From contig DASPWN010000292.1 in assembly GCA_035637835.1 (NCBI GenBank), positions 1 through 46,201 of the forward strand: 46,201 nt of DNA, given 5' to 3'. Position numbers and translations under genes: made by a program. Under the pieces are notes generated by a model. It saw only the letters and a list, made by a program, of their open reading frames with translations, ran no database searches and was not told where the DNA came from. Positions 8,425-19,613 of the stretch are shown here, one piece after another. Origin of the DNA: Actinomycetota bacterium. GTDB taxonomy: Bacteria; Actinomycetota; UBA4738; HRBIN12. Position 1 is the stretch's first letter, and each line of letters starts with the position of its first letter.

Positions 8425-9838
8425 GCTCACGCTCATCTCGGCCGCCCTCATGGCCATGGTCCTGGCCGTCTCGGGAGCGTTCCTGTACTTGCGCTTACGG
8501 GCCGATCTATTGGAAGCCGTTGACTCCGGGCTGGAGTCCCAGGCTGCGGCCCTCCTGCCGAACCTGCTGCGATCGGATGGGGCGTTTGGGGAAGGAGGCG
8601 GCCTGGTCGATCCCGGCGACGCGTTCGCGCAGGTCCTGGGCACCGGCGCCGTGGTCATCCAGTCCTCCCCGGGGCTGCGGAGCGCTCCGCTCCTCACCGA
8701 GGCGGAGGTGGCTGGGCTGCGCGGGCCACGGTTCCTCGAACGCGTCGCACAGACCGTGAACGAGGAGGTTGAGGCCCGGCTCCTCGCGGTCCCGGTCGCC
8801 GACGGTCGGGTGCTGGTGGTAGGGGCGTCCCTGGACGACCAGCACGAGGCGCTGGCCCGACTGGCCGCGCTCATGGCCGTCGGCGGACCCTTGGTCCTCA
8901 TCTTGGCCGGGGGGGTCGGGTGGGTCGTGGCGGGCGCGGCGCTCCGACCGGTGGAGCGGATGCGGATCCAGGCCGCGGCCATCTCGGCATCGGAGCCGGG
9001 CCGACGGCTCCCACCGGCGGGGACCGGTGACGAGGTCGCCAGGCTGGGAGAGACCCTGAACGAGATGCTCGACCGGCTGGAACAGGCGCTCCAACGGGAA
9101 CGGCGGTTCGTTGACGAGGCCAGCCACGAGCTCCGGACGCCGCTGGCCAACTTGCGGGTCGAGCTCGATCTGGCGCTCCGTCGGGCTCGAAGCTCAGAGG
9201 AGCTCGAGGCGGCGCTGCGAAGCGCGGCGGATGAGACCGAGCGGCTGGCCCGGCTGGCGGAGGACCTCCTGGTCCTGGCCCGGGCGGACCGGGGGCGGGT
9301 TCCGGTGCGGCGGGAGGAGGTCGACGTGGCCGAGCTCGTCGATGGCGAGGTCGATGCCTTCGCCGCCCGGGCCAGGCAAGCCGGGGTGACCATCGAGGCT
9401 CGTGTGCCGACGGGCCTGCGGTCGAGCATCGATCCCCTTCGGATGCGGCAGGCCGTCGGGAATCTGCTGGACAACGCGGTCCGCTCCACACCGCCACTGG
9501 GGACGGTGACCATCGAGGTGGTTCACGCCGACGGCTTTCTGTCGTTGGAGGTTCGGGACTCCGGTGAGGGCTTCCCGGCCGCCTTCCTGCGCAACGCCTT
9601 CGAGCCGTTCGCCCGGCCGGACGCCCCCCGGTCGCGGCCGGACCGGGACGCGGGCTCGGGGCTGGGGCTGGCCATCGTGCGAGCTGTGGCCGAGGCCCAC
9701 GGCGGAACGTTGAAGGCCGCGAACCGACCGGAGGGGGGTGCGGCTGTCAGGCTTCGCATCCCCGATACTCGCCTCTCATCCTCGGCTCACGATCCTCTCA
9801 CCACGCGGCGCTCACCCTACGAAGGCAGGACGCCTTGA
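8402..9838 (+). CDS. sensor histidine kinase (2 TM, HAMP, HisKA, HATPase_c)
   Basis: H-box FVDEASHELRTPLA, N-box LLDNAVRST, G-boxes DSGEGF and GSGLGLAIV. GTG 8402 overlaps the regulator's 3' end by 23 nt and follows GGGAGGAG. Confidence 0.9.
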   Translation: MRLPIRARLTLISAALMAMVLAVSGAFLYLRLRADLLEAVDSGLESQAAALLPNLLRSDGAFGEGGGLVDPGDAFAQVLGTGAVVIQSSPGLRSAPLLTEAEVAGLRGPRFLERVAQTVNEEVEARLLAVPVADGRVLVVGASLDDQHEALARLAALMAVGGPLVLILAGGVGWVVAGAALRPVERMRIQAAAISASEPGRRLPPAGTGDEVARLGETLNEMLDRLEQALQRERRFVDEASHELRTPLANLRVELDLALRRARSSEELEAALRSAADETERLARLAEDLLVLARADRGRVPVRREEVDVAELVDGEVDAFAARARQAGVTIEARVPTGLRSSIDPLRMRQAVGNLLDNAVRSTPPLGTVTIEVVHADGFLSLEVRDSGEGFPAAFLRNAFEPFARPDAPRSRPDRDAGSGLGLAIVRAVAEAHGGTLKAANRPEGGAAVRLRIPDTRLSSSAHDPLTTRRSPYEGRTP

Positions 9839-9867
9839 CAGGGATATGGGACCCGAGGAGGGAACGG

Positions 9868-10197
9868 ATGGATCGACGGGCCAGGTGGATCGGGGGTGGG
9901 GCGTTGGCCATCGCCCTCATCGATGGGGGCACGGGGGTGGCCATCGCCACGGGGGGCGGCGACGACCGGCCGCTCGCCGGCCCGGCATTGGAGAAGGCCA
10001 CTGCGGCCGCGCTGCGGCACACGGGTGGGGGGACCGTCATCGAGACCGAGGCCGGCGACGACGGCGCCGCGTACGGGGTGGAGATCCGCCTCCCCGACGG
10101 ACGCGTGGTCGAGGTCGGCCTCGATGCGAGCTTCGACGTCATCGGGCAGGAGAGCGATGACGATGGCTCCGCAGACGCGGAGTCGAACGGCGACTGA
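9868..10197 (+). CDS. PepSY-domain secreted/membrane-anchored protein
   Basis: ORF 9835..10197. ATG 9868 lies 5 nt after GGAGGG. N-terminal hydrophobic anchor, then the PepSY-like pattern ATAAALRHTGGGTVIETEAGDDGAAYGVEIRLPDGRVVEVGLDASFDV. Confidence 0.6.
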   Translation: MDRRARWIGGGALAIALIDGGTGVAIATGGGDDRPLAGPALEKATAAALRHTGGGTVIETEAGDDGAAYGVEIRLPDGRVVEVGLDASFDVIGQESDDDGSADAESNGD

Positions 10198-10221
10198 CGA
10201 GACAGCTCCGACAGGGAGGTC

Positions 10222-10974
10222 GTGATGGATCGCAAGCTGGCAGGACTTGGTGTCGCGGTCATGCTCCTCATCGGGGGCGTGCAGGGTGGGATTGCCACCG
10301 CCGCCGCAGCGTGTCCGCGGCCCCTCCCTCAGGGGAGCGATCCGGTGACCCTCGATCCGGCCGACTTCGTGGCGCAGATCGACAACCCATATCTCTCATT
10401 CCCGCGGGGCGCCAGGTGGGTGTACCGGGAGACCGATCCCCAGGGGTCCTCGCAGAAGGTCCGAGTGACCGTCACGACCCATGCGAAACAGATCCTGGGC
10501 ATCGACGCGACGGTGGTCCACGACGTCGTCACCGAGAAGGGCCATCTGGTGGAGAACACCTTCGACTGGTACGCCCAGGACACATGCGGGAGCGTGTGGT
10601 ACCTGGGCGAGAACACGAAGGAGTACGAGAACGGGAAGGTCGTCAGCACGGCCGGGTCGTGGGAGGCAGGTGTGGATGGCGCCCAGCCCGGCGTGGTCAT
10701 GCCGGCCGACCGCCAGGTTGGTCTCGCCTACCGGCAGGAGTACTACGCGGGGGAGGCCGAAGATAACGCGGAGATCCTCAGCCTGGTAGAGCAGGCGCAG
10801 GTCCCATTCGGACACTTCCGTGACGTCGTGCTGACCAAGGAGACCACGCCGCTCGAACGCAGGGTCCTCGAGTACAAGCTCTACGCGAAGGGGATCGGCG
10901 TGGTGCTCGCCATCAGCGTGTCCGGCGGCTCCGACCGGGAGGAGCTCGTCCGCTTCACCCCGGCCTCCGCCTAG
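10222..10974 (+). CDS. secreted protein of unknown function
   Basis: 250 aa with a signal peptide (LGVAVMLLIGGVQGGIATAAAA), high GC3, and GGGAGG before GTG 10222/ATG 10225. No family name recognised. Conserved-looking blocks: NPYLSFP, FDWYAQD, VWYLGE, GSWEAGVDGAQPG, YRQEYYAGEAED. Confidence 0.6.
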   Translation: MMDRKLAGLGVAVMLLIGGVQGGIATAAAACPRPLPQGSDPVTLDPADFVAQIDNPYLSFPRGARWVYRETDPQGSSQKVRVTVTTHAKQILGIDATVVHDVVTEKGHLVENTFDWYAQDTCGSVWYLGENTKEYENGKVVSTAGSWEAGVDGAQPGVVMPADRQVGLAYRQEYYAGEAEDNAEILSLVEQAQVPFGHFRDVVLTKETTPLERRVLEYKLYAKGIGVVLAISVSGGSDREELVRFTPASA

Positions 10975-10991
10975 CGGCCTGGGGAGTGGAG

Positions 10992-11384
10992 ATGACCATC
11001 AGGTTCCTGTGCACGGCGTTGTCGGCGACGCTCCTGATCGGCGCGTGCACCGGGGGCGGCGGCCAGGCCGCCGCCCCCGTTCCCCCTGGGTCGAAGGAGA
11101 TCCCCCAGCCCGTCGTGCCGCACCTCCCCGTGGCCCCCGAGAGCCGGCGGGTCGACCTGCGCGTGCCGACCTTCTCTCACCCCACCGAGGTGACGAACCT
11201 ATTGTTCCCCGTCTCGAAGCAGGCGTCGGTCCTGTTCCTGGGCCACGTCGACGGCAAACCGTTCCGGACGGAGGTCACGCTGCTCCCCGACAAGAGGATC
11301 GTGCAGTGGGAGGGCCAGCGGATCGAGACGCTCGTCTCCCAGTACATGGCCTATCTCGGCGGGCGGATCCAGGAGGTGGCGTAA
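10992..11384 (+). CDS. lipoprotein of unknown function, resembles only the N-terminal third of the 10222 protein
   Basis: ORF 10986..11384. ATG 10992 lies 5 nt after GGGGAG. Lipobox LLIGAC followed by GGGG. By eye, the segment FSHPTEVTNLLFP...RTEVTLLPDKRIVQWEGQRIETLVSQYMAYLGGRIQEVA aligns with FVAQIDNPYLSFP...VRVTVTTHAKQILGIDATVVHDVVTEKGHLVENTF of the upstream gene. Confidence 0.5.
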   Translation: MTIRFLCTALSATLLIGACTGGGGQAAAPVPPGSKEIPQPVVPHLPVAPESRRVDLRVPTFSHPTEVTNLLFPVSKQASVLFLGHVDGKPFRTEVTLLPDKRIVQWEGQRIETLVSQYMAYLGGRIQEVA

Positions 11385-11511
11385 CGCATCCTCCACGCCC
11401 TGACCCCGTCCGACGTCACCGCCATGAACATCCAGTTGGGGAGGCTTCAGATCGCGTCGGTGGAAGGAGCAGTGGCCAGGGCCACCCGAGCGGCAAGGAA
11501 GCTCCGGGCAG

Positions 11512-12596
11512 TTACCGCAGGGCTCGTGTAGCAGCCGTAACCCGGCCTCGCGGCGGCCGGGTCGTCCCCCGCACCACCAGGCGCGGCGACAGCACGACGT
11601 GGCGGCCCCGTCGGCGGCCGTCGTCCAGCCGCTCCAACAGGAGCCTGACGGCCATGGCGCCGATCTCGCGCCTCGGCTGGTCGATGGTCGTCAGATCGAT
11701 GTGCCCGAGCGCGGCCAGTGCCGTGTTGTCGTAGCCAACCACGGATACGTCTTCGGGTACCCGGGCCCCGTGCCGTTCCAACGCGTGCAGCGCGCCCACC
11801 GCGGCCAGGTCGTTCGCCACGAACACCGCGGTGGGCATCGCTCGCGACGCCAGGACGCGGTCGATCCCTGCCGCACCGCCCTCTTCCGTGAAGGCCCCCG
11901 GGGCCACCACCGCAGCGCGAGCCAGTCCGTGATCGCGCATGGCTTCCAGGTATCCCGAACGCCGAGACGCCGACCCGGCTCCGGTCCCGCCGTCGACGTG
12001 AGCGATATCTCGATGCCCCAACGACACGAGATGGTCGACCGCCATCCTCGCACCGGCGCGATCGTCGTTGGTGACCGAATCGACCGAGGGCCACCGCGAG
12101 GCCCGAGCGATGAGTACCACGGGGACCGATGAGGCGGCCGAGAGGATCAACGAAGCAGGCAGCACCGGCCCGGCCAGGATCAGGCCGTCGGTTCGAAGCT
12201 GCAGGAGGGTCTCGATGGCTTCCCACTCGCGCTGGGCCATGCGGCTGCCGGTGTTGATGAGGGCTCGGTACTCAGCCGAGAGGGCCTCGGCCTCGATCCC
12301 GTCGACGACTTCCGCGAAGTAGAGGTTGTGGAGATCGGACAGCATCACACCGATCACGTTGGTCCGATTTCGGACGAGTGACCGGGCGACGGCGTTCGGA
12401 CGGTAACCGAGCTGCTCGGCGGCGCGAAGGACCGCCTTCCGCTTCTCCTCCCGGACCATGGGTGAGCCACGAAGCGCCAGCGAGACCAGCGACTTGGATA
12501 CTCCCGCTCGCTCGGCCACGTCCAGGATGGTCGGATGGCTCTGCCTTCGGCCGCCCCGGCGCACGGGGGCCGCGTGCCGGACCGGCGCCGTTCGAT

Positions 12597-12600
<4 letters not shown>
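11512..12600 (-). CDS. LacI-family transcriptional repressor (inositol cluster regulator candidate)
   Basis: ORF 11512..12963 trimmed to in-frame GTG 12600, which overlaps the iolD stop (GTGA on the minus strand). N-terminal HTH TILDVAERAGVSKSLVSLALRG...YRPNAVARSL, then a periplasmic-binding-fold sugar-sensor domain. Confidence 0.85.
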
Positions 12601-14444
<1,844 letters not shown>

Positions 14445-14484
14445 CGCCCCTCCTGGACCCGACGGTTGTGCGGCGATCCCTGCC

Positions 14485-14513
14485 TTGACACGCCGCGAGG
14501 CGGCACCTAGCCT
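14485..14513 (+). promoter_or_regulatory. sigma-A-type promoter TTGACA-17 nt-TAGCCT for iolG operon
   Basis: Consensus -35 TTGACA (14485-14490), a 17-nt spacer, and TANNNT -10 TAGCCT (14508-14513). The reverse strand of the same spot reads TAGGCT, which could serve the divergent iolD promoter. Confidence 0.55.
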
Positions 14514-14524
14514 ACTCCCTCGTC

Positions 14525-14538
14525 TTGGAACGTTCCAA
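14525..14538. promoter_or_regulatory. perfect 14-bp palindrome TTGGAACGTTCCAA, candidate LacI-family operator
   Basis: Central CG and 7-bp arms, as in LacI/GalR-type operators. It lies about +5 to +18 relative to the predicted iolG promoter and over the -35 position of the divergent iolD promoter. Confidence 0.6.
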
Positions 14539-14610
14539 CGGGGCTGGCTCGCGAGGGGGCATGCTCCGCAGATCGATCGTTCCGGTGCGGATGAGGAGGG
14601 GGCCGCGCTG

Positions 14611-15603
14611 ATGCGGATCGCGGTGATCGGCGTGGGGCGCATGGGACTGGTCCACGCTGGGACGTTGGCTTACCTTCCTGCCGTCGACGTGCTCGTGACC
14701 GACGTCGATCGGGACCGTGCCCGGAGCGTGGCCGAGGAGCTCGGTGTGGAGGCCGCGGACGACGTCGCCGATGCCATGAAAGCTTCCGACGCGGTGGTGA
14801 TCGCGGCCGCCACCGACGCGCACGCACCATTGGTCCACCAGGCGGCCGAGGCGGGGCTCCCCACGTTCTGCGAGAAGCCGATCTCGCTCGACGTGACGTC
14901 GACCGCGGAGGTCGTGACCCACGTCAGGGATGCGGGGATCGCCTTCCAGATGGGATTCCAGCGCCGGTTCGATCGCGGGTACCGAGCCGCCCGTGATCTG
15001 GTCGCCGGCGGCGGAATTGGGACCCTGTATGTGGTGCGGATGGCGGGACACGACCCCGCGCCGCCGCACGAGGCATACATCCCCGTCTCGGGAGGCATCT
15101 TCCGCGACTTCAGCGTGCACGACTTCGACGCCCTCCGGTTCGTCACCGGCCAAGAGGTGGTGGAGACGTACGCGGACGGCGCGGTGATCGGGTTCCCGGT
15201 CTTCGAGAAGTACGGGGACGTCGACACGGCCGTGGCTACGTTCCGGCTGTCGGGCGGGGCCTTCGGGATCCTCTCGGTCACCCGCCACGACCCCCTCGGC
15301 TACGACGTTCGGATGGAGCTGCTCGGTTCGGGCGACAGCGTGGTGGTGGGGTGGGACGGTCGGATGCCGCTCCGCTCCGTGGAGCCGGGGGCCCCGCCCG
15401 CACCCGCCGACCCGTATCCGCATTTCCAGGCCCGGTTCGCCGAGGCGTATCGGGCGGAGATGGAGTGGTTCGTCGGGCTCGCGGCGGGCCGGCGGGAGAG
15501 CCCCTGCACGGCCGAGGACGCCCTGGCGGCGCTCCGCATCGCCGTGGCCTGTGGCCGCTCCCGGGCCGAGCACCGGCCGGTGCGACTGGAGGAGGTCGGG
15601 TGA
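14611..15603 (+). CDS. iolG: Gfo/Idh/MocA-family oxidoreductase, probable myo-inositol 2-dehydrogenase
   Basis: ORF 13975..15603 trimmed to ATG 14611 after GAGGAGGG. N-terminal Rossmann motif [12 protein letters not shown] and the EKP motif (FCEKPI). Gene context is the iol cluster. Confidence 0.7.
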   Translation: MRIAVIGVGRMGLVHAGTLAYLPAVDVLVTDVDRDRARSVAEELGVEAADDVADAMKASDAVVIAAATDAHAPLVHQAAEAGLPTFCEKPISLDVTSTAEVVTHVRDAGIAFQMGFQRRFDRGYRAARDLVAGGGIGTLYVVRMAGHDPAPPHEAYIPVSGGIFRDFSVHDFDALRFVTGQEVVETYADGAVIGFPVFEKYGDVDTAVATFRLSGGAFGILSVTRHDPLGYDVRMELLGSGDSVVVGWDGRMPLRSVEPGAPPAPADPYPHFQARFAEAYRAEMEWFVGLAAGRRESPCTAEDALAALRIAVACGRSRAEHRPVRLEEVG

Positions 15604-16571
15604 GCCGTCGCGTTGCACGCCTGGCCGGCGCCCCCATCTCGTGGGGTGTCTGCGAGGTCCCGGGATGGGGTTACCAGCTCGAGCCCGACCGGGTCCTCTC
15701 CGAGATGGCCGGCCTCGGCCTTCCGGCCACCGAGCTCGGCCCCGACGGATATCTACCCACCGACGCATCGAGGCTCGAGGCCATGCTGGTGGACCACGGG
15801 CTCGCCCTGGTGGCCGGGTTCGTGCCGGCGGTACTCCACGAGCCGGCCCGCCTGGAGGACCAGCTCGACCGGGTGGCGGGGCAGGCCGACGTGCTGGCCG
15901 CCGCCGGGGCCGAGGTCCTCGTCCTGGCGGCCGGCATCGGCCGGGACGGCTACGAGGCCGGCGCGGACCTCGATGCCCCCTCGTGGGCGTCGCTCGTGGG
16001 GGGGATCGGCCGGGTGATCGATCTGGGGTCCGAGCGGGGCCTGGCGGTGGCCCTGCATCCCCATCAGGGCACGGTGATCGAAGGACCCCGGCAGGTCGAG
16101 CGCCTGCTGGAGTCCTCGCCCGTGTCCCTGTGCGTGGACACCGGCCATCTGATGGTCGGAGGGGCCGACCCGGTCGAGCTCGCCGCGGCCGCGCGGGATC
16201 GCGTTGCCCACGTCCACCTGAAGGACGTCTCGGCGGAGCTGGCGGAGCAGGTGCGGACCGGATTGATGGGGTACCGGGACGCCGTGGCGAAGGGGATGTA
16301 CCGGCCGCTCGGGTCGGGCGACGTGGACATCGAGGCCATCGTCTCGGCCCTCGAGGCGTCGGACTACGATGGCTGGTACGTGCTGGAGCAGGACACGGTG
16401 CTGGAGGGGGCACCCGACGAGGGGAGCGGCCCGGTCCAGGACGTCGCCGCAAGCCTCGCGTTCTTCGAGCGGTTCGGCGTGCGGCTCGGACCATCGTCCG
16501 TGGCCGGTGTGTCGGTGTCGGAGGGGGGACACGCGATGGAGCGTCGCCCCGGAGGAAAGGAGGGGGAATGA
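15600..16571 (+). CDS. iolE: xylose-isomerase-like TIM-barrel protein, probable inosose dehydratase (IolE-like)
   Basis: ORF 15351..16571 trimmed to GTG 15600, which overlaps the iolG stop (GTGA). Layout matches IolE: APISWG near the N-terminus, [31 protein letters not shown]. Has an about 40-aa low-complexity C-terminal tail. Confidence 0.6.
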   Translation: MSRRVARLAGAPISWGVCEVPGWGYQLEPDRVLSEMAGLGLPATELGPDGYLPTDASRLEAMLVDHGLALVAGFVPAVLHEPARLEDQLDRVAGQADVLAAAGAEVLVLAAGIGRDGYEAGADLDAPSWASLVGGIGRVIDLGSERGLAVALHPHQGTVIEGPRQVERLLESSPVSLCVDTGHLMVGGADPVELAAAARDRVAHVHLKDVSAELAEQVRTGLMGYRDAVAKGMYRPLGSGDVDIEAIVSALEASDYDGWYVLEQDTVLEGAPDEGSGPVQDVAASLAFFERFGVRLGPSSVAGVSVSEGGHAMERRPGGKEGE

Positions 16572-17551
16572 ACCGTCGAAGGTTGGCGGGGCTCCTGCTG
16601 GTGCTGGCCCTGTTCGGGGCGGCGTGCACCGGCGGCGGAGACGAGGGCGAGAACGGGGGTGCCGTAAAGCAGCGCGACTTCCGGTTCGTGGTCGTGACCC
16701 ACGGCCAGGCCTCGGACCCGTTCTGGTCGGTGGCGGCCAACGGCGTGCAGGCGGCGGCCGAGGACATGGGGGTTCAGGTCGAGTACCAGGCCCCTGAGAC
16801 GTTCGACATGGTGGCCATGAGCCAGCTGATCGACGCTGCGGTCGCCTCACAGCCTGATGGCCTGGTGGTGAGCATCCCCGATGCGGACGCGCTCGGTCCC
16901 TCGATCCGGGCCGCGGTGGACGCGGGGATCCCGGTGATCTCGATGAACTCGGGGAGCGACGTGTTCGCTGACCTGGGCGTGCTGGTGCACGTCGGACAGA
17001 CCGAGTTCGAAGCGGGGCTCATCGCGGGCCAGCGATTCGCGGATGAGGGCGTGAAGAACGCCATCTGCATCAATCAGGAAGTAGGGAACGTGGCCCTGGA
17101 CCTGCGTTGCCAGGGCTTCGAGAAGGGCCTGGGGCAGAAGGTGCCCGTGATCCCGGTCGACCTGGCCGACCCCACCGGCGCCCAGGAGACCGTGGCTGGA
17201 GTCCTTCAGCAGCAGTCGAACCTGGACGGCATCCTGACCCTGGGTCCCACGGGCGCGGAGCCGACCCTGGCGGCGCTCGACCAGGCCGGCCTGCTGGGGA
17301 AGGTGAAGTTCGCGACCTTCGACTTGTCGCCGAGGGTGCTCGAGGAGATCGACAAGGGCAACATGCTCTTCGCCATCGACCAGGCGCAGTACCTCCAGGG
17401 CTACCTGCCGATCGTCCTGCTCACGAAGTACCTGGAGACCGGGGCGCTCCCGCTCGGGAGCGTGGATCGGGTGATCCTCACCGGTCCCCAGATCGTGACC
17501 AAGGACACGGCCGCGCAGGTGATCGACTACTCGGCGGAAGGATTGCGGTAA
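16568..17551 (+). CDS. sugar (CUT2-type) ABC transporter substrate-binding lipoprotein
   Basis: ORF 15551..17551 trimmed to ATG 16568, which overlaps the iolE stop (ATGA). Lipobox LFGAAC. The periplasmic-binding-protein fold resembles RbsB-like proteins ([24 protein letters not shown]). Confidence 0.8.
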   Translation: MNRRRLAGLLLVLALFGAACTGGGDEGENGGAVKQRDFRFVVVTHGQASDPFWSVAANGVQAAAEDMGVQVEYQAPETFDMVAMSQLIDAAVASQPDGLVVSIPDADALGPSIRAAVDAGIPVISMNSGSDVFADLGVLVHVGQTEFEAGLIAGQRFADEGVKNAICINQEVGNVALDLRCQGFEKGLGQKVPVIPVDLADPTGAQETVAGVLQQQSNLDGILTLGPTGAEPTLAALDQAGLLGKVKFATFDLSPRVLEEIDKGNMLFAIDQAQYLQGYLPIVLLTKYLETGALPLGSVDRVILTGPQIVTKDTAAQVIDYSAEGLR

Positions 17552-17560
17552 GGACGAGGG

Positions 17561-17600
17561 TGATGGGGGCCTGCCGTTCTGCATCGGCAGGCCCCGATCA
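17561..17600 (+). terminator. strong stem-loop after the sugar-binding-protein gene
   Basis: GGGGCCTGCCG-TTCTGCAT-CGGCAGGCCCC (17566-17595), extended by TGAT/ATCA with one mismatch. No T tract. It is followed by TAGGCT (17602-17607) and GGAGAAGGAGG before ATG 17640. Confidence 0.5.
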
Positions 17601-17639
17601 CTAGGCTCGTTCCGACCGCACGAGGAGAAGGAGGCGCCG

Positions 17640-18713
17640 ATGGCGACGGAGACAGCCCCCCCGCCCGCCGTTGCCCGAGATGAGCGGGTTCGCCGCGTGC
17701 GCCTGGTCTCGAGGCTGTTGTCCCGCCCGGAGCTCGGCGCGGTCGTGGGCCTCGCCGTGGTCTGGACGTTCTTCGCGGTCGTCGCCTTCGACAACAACTT
17801 CGTCAGCTGGACCGCTACCGCCGCCATCCTGAATCGGGCGGCTCCCTTGGGGATCCTGGCTGTGGCGGTGGCGATGTTGATGATCGCCGGGGAATTCGAC
17901 CTGTCGATCGGGTCCATCCTGGGGTTCTGCGGCATGGCGATCATGCTGCTGGTCACGCCGGAGGCCGCCGGTGGATTCGGGTGGTCCCTGTGGCCGGCCA
18001 TCCTGGTTGCCCTCGTCCTGGCGGTCCTCACCGGACTGATCAACGGGTGGCTCGTCATCACGACGAAGCTTCCGTCCTTCATCATCACCCTGGGAACGTT
18101 GTTCATCTTCCGAGGACTGACGGTCGCGATCACCAGGCTCCGGACGAACCGGACGCAGCTCGGCAACCTGGACGAGGTCCCGGGGTTCGATCTGGCCCGG
18201 AAGCTCTTCGCCTCCAAGCTCACCCTGTTCGGGAGCACCTTCAACGTGTCGATCCTGTGGTGGGTCGGGTTGACGGTGCTCGCGACATGGGTCCTCCTCC
18301 GAACGCGCCAGGGGAACTGGATCTTCGGGACCGGCGGCGCGGTGGACGCCGCCCGCAACGTCGGCGTCCCGGTGCGAGCGGTCAAGATGGCGCTCTTCGT
18401 GACGACCGCGTTCGCCGGGTTCCTGGTCGCGACCATCCAGGCCGTCGAGTTCACGGGGGCCGACACCCTGCGCGGCCAAGGCCAGGAATTTCAGGCCATC
18501 ATCGCCGCCGTGGTGGGCGGTTGCCTCCTCACGGGAGGCTACGGGTCCGCCGTCGGCGCCGCCGTGGGGGCGCTCATCTTCGGCCTCGTCCAGCAAGGCA
18601 TCGTGATCACCGGCATCCAGGGTGACTGGTACCAGGTGTTCATCGGGGGGGTCTTGGTCGTGGCGGTGATCCTCAACAATTTCGTCCGGCTGAAGGCGGC
18701 GGCACGGCGATGA
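17640..18713 (+). CDS. sugar ABC transporter permease (RbsC/branched-chain type, CUT2)
   Basis: 357 aa, about 9-10 TM segments, strong RBS. Typical blocks: [19 protein letters not shown], and the [13 protein letters not shown] motif. Confidence 0.85.
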   Translation: MATETAPPPAVARDERVRRVRLVSRLLSRPELGAVVGLAVVWTFFAVVAFDNNFVSWTATAAILNRAAPLGILAVAVAMLMIAGEFDLSIGSILGFCGMAIMLLVTPEAAGGFGWSLWPAILVALVLAVLTGLINGWLVITTKLPSFIITLGTLFIFRGLTVAITRLRTNRTQLGNLDEVPGFDLARKLFASKLTLFGSTFNVSILWWVGLTVLATWVLLRTRQGNWIFGTGGAVDAARNVGVPVRAVKMALFVTTAFAGFLVATIQAVEFTGADTLRGQGQEFQAIIAAVVGGCLLTGGYGSAVGAAVGALIFGLVQQGIVITGIQGDWYQVFIGGVLVVAVILNNFVRLKAAARR

Positions 18714-19612
18714 GCTCCAATGGAGGACCGCTGCTCGAGGTCAGGGGCATCTCGAAGTACTTCGGGAGCGTCATCGCGCTGAAAGACGTCTCCATGTTCG
18801 TCCGAGCCGGGGAGGTCACGTGCCTCCTCGGCGACAACGGCGCCGGGAAATCCACCCTGATCAAGACGCTCTCGGGCGTGTACCGGGCCGACGAGGGCGA
18901 GTACCTGTTCGAGGGGGAGCCGATGGACTTCCGGTCCCCCCGCCACGCCCTCGAGCGCGGCATCGCCACGGTCTATCAGGACCTGGCGATGATCCCGCTC
19001 CTTTCGATCTGGCGGAACTTCTTCCTCGGTTCCGAGCCGACGAAGGGATGGGGCCCCTTCCGTAGGTACGACGTCGAGTACGCCACGGCGACGACCCGAG
19101 ACGAGCTGGGCAAGATGGGGATCGACATCCGCGACCCGGACCAGCCGGTGGGAACCCTCTCTGGGGGCGAGCGCCAGTCGGTGGCGATCGCCCGCGCCGT
19201 CCACTTCGGCGCCAAGGTGCTCATCCTGGACGAGCCGACGGCATCCCTGGGCGTCAAGCAGGCCGGGGTGGTGCTCCGGTACATCGTCCAGGCCAAGCAG
19301 CGAGGCATCGGGGTCATCTTCATCTCGCACAACCCGCACCATGCCTACCCGGTGGGCGACCATTTCGTGATCCTCCGGCGGGGGCAGGTCTACGGGGACT
19401 TCACGAGGGAGGAGCTCGCCCTCGAGGGCCTGGTACAGATGATGGCGGGAGGGGAAGAGCTGGAGAACCTGGCCCACGAGCTCGAGCGGGCCGCGGCTGG
19501 GGGCACCGCCGCGGAGGACCTTCGCAAGGCCGCGGCGTTGCTCGAGGCTGAGACCGGGACTCGCGAGGACCGGAAGCCACCCCAGGGACCGGTCCCCGGT
19601 CCCGGCGGCTGA
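18710..19612 (+). CDS. sugar ABC transporter ATP-binding protein, single nucleotide-binding domain
   Basis: ATGA overlap with the permease gene. Walker [10 protein letters not shown], signature LSGGERQS, Walker [11 protein letters not shown]. Only one NBD (300 aa), plus an about 50-aa low-complexity tail. Confidence 0.85.
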   Translation: MSSNGGPLLEVRGISKYFGSVIALKDVSMFVRAGEVTCLLGDNGAGKSTLIKTLSGVYRADEGEYLFEGEPMDFRSPRHALERGIATVYQDLAMIPLLSIWRNFFLGSEPTKGWGPFRRYDVEYATATTRDELGKMGIDIRDPDQPVGTLSGGERQSVAIARAVHFGAKVLILDEPTASLGVKQAGVVLRYIVQAKQRGIGVIFISHNPHHAYPVGDHFVILRRGQVYGDFTREELALEGLVQMMAGGEELENLAHELERAAAGGTAAEDLRKAAALLEAETGTREDRKPPQGPVPGPGG

Positions 19613-19613
19613 G

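Noticed and set aside
7606-9513. 635-aa minus-strand ORF opposite the response regulator and kinase, also overlapping the tRNA
   Set aside because: The translation is Ser/Arg/Ala-rich and low complexity. It overlaps a well-folded tRNA-Leu and two genes with canonical two-component motifs, so it is an antisense artefact.
11472-11485. GTGGCCAGGGCCAC inverted repeat between the convergent lipoprotein and LacI genes as a bidirectional terminator
   Set aside because: The stem is only 5-6 bp with a 2-4 nt loop and no flanking T/A tracts, which is too weak to call.
14512-18466. Long minus-strand ORFs 14512..16767, 15753..16850 and 16847..18466 opposite the iolG-to-permease genes
   Set aside because: The translations are Pro/Arg/Gly-rich with no domains. 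The plus-strand genes have strong homology patterns and coupled start/stop overlaps.
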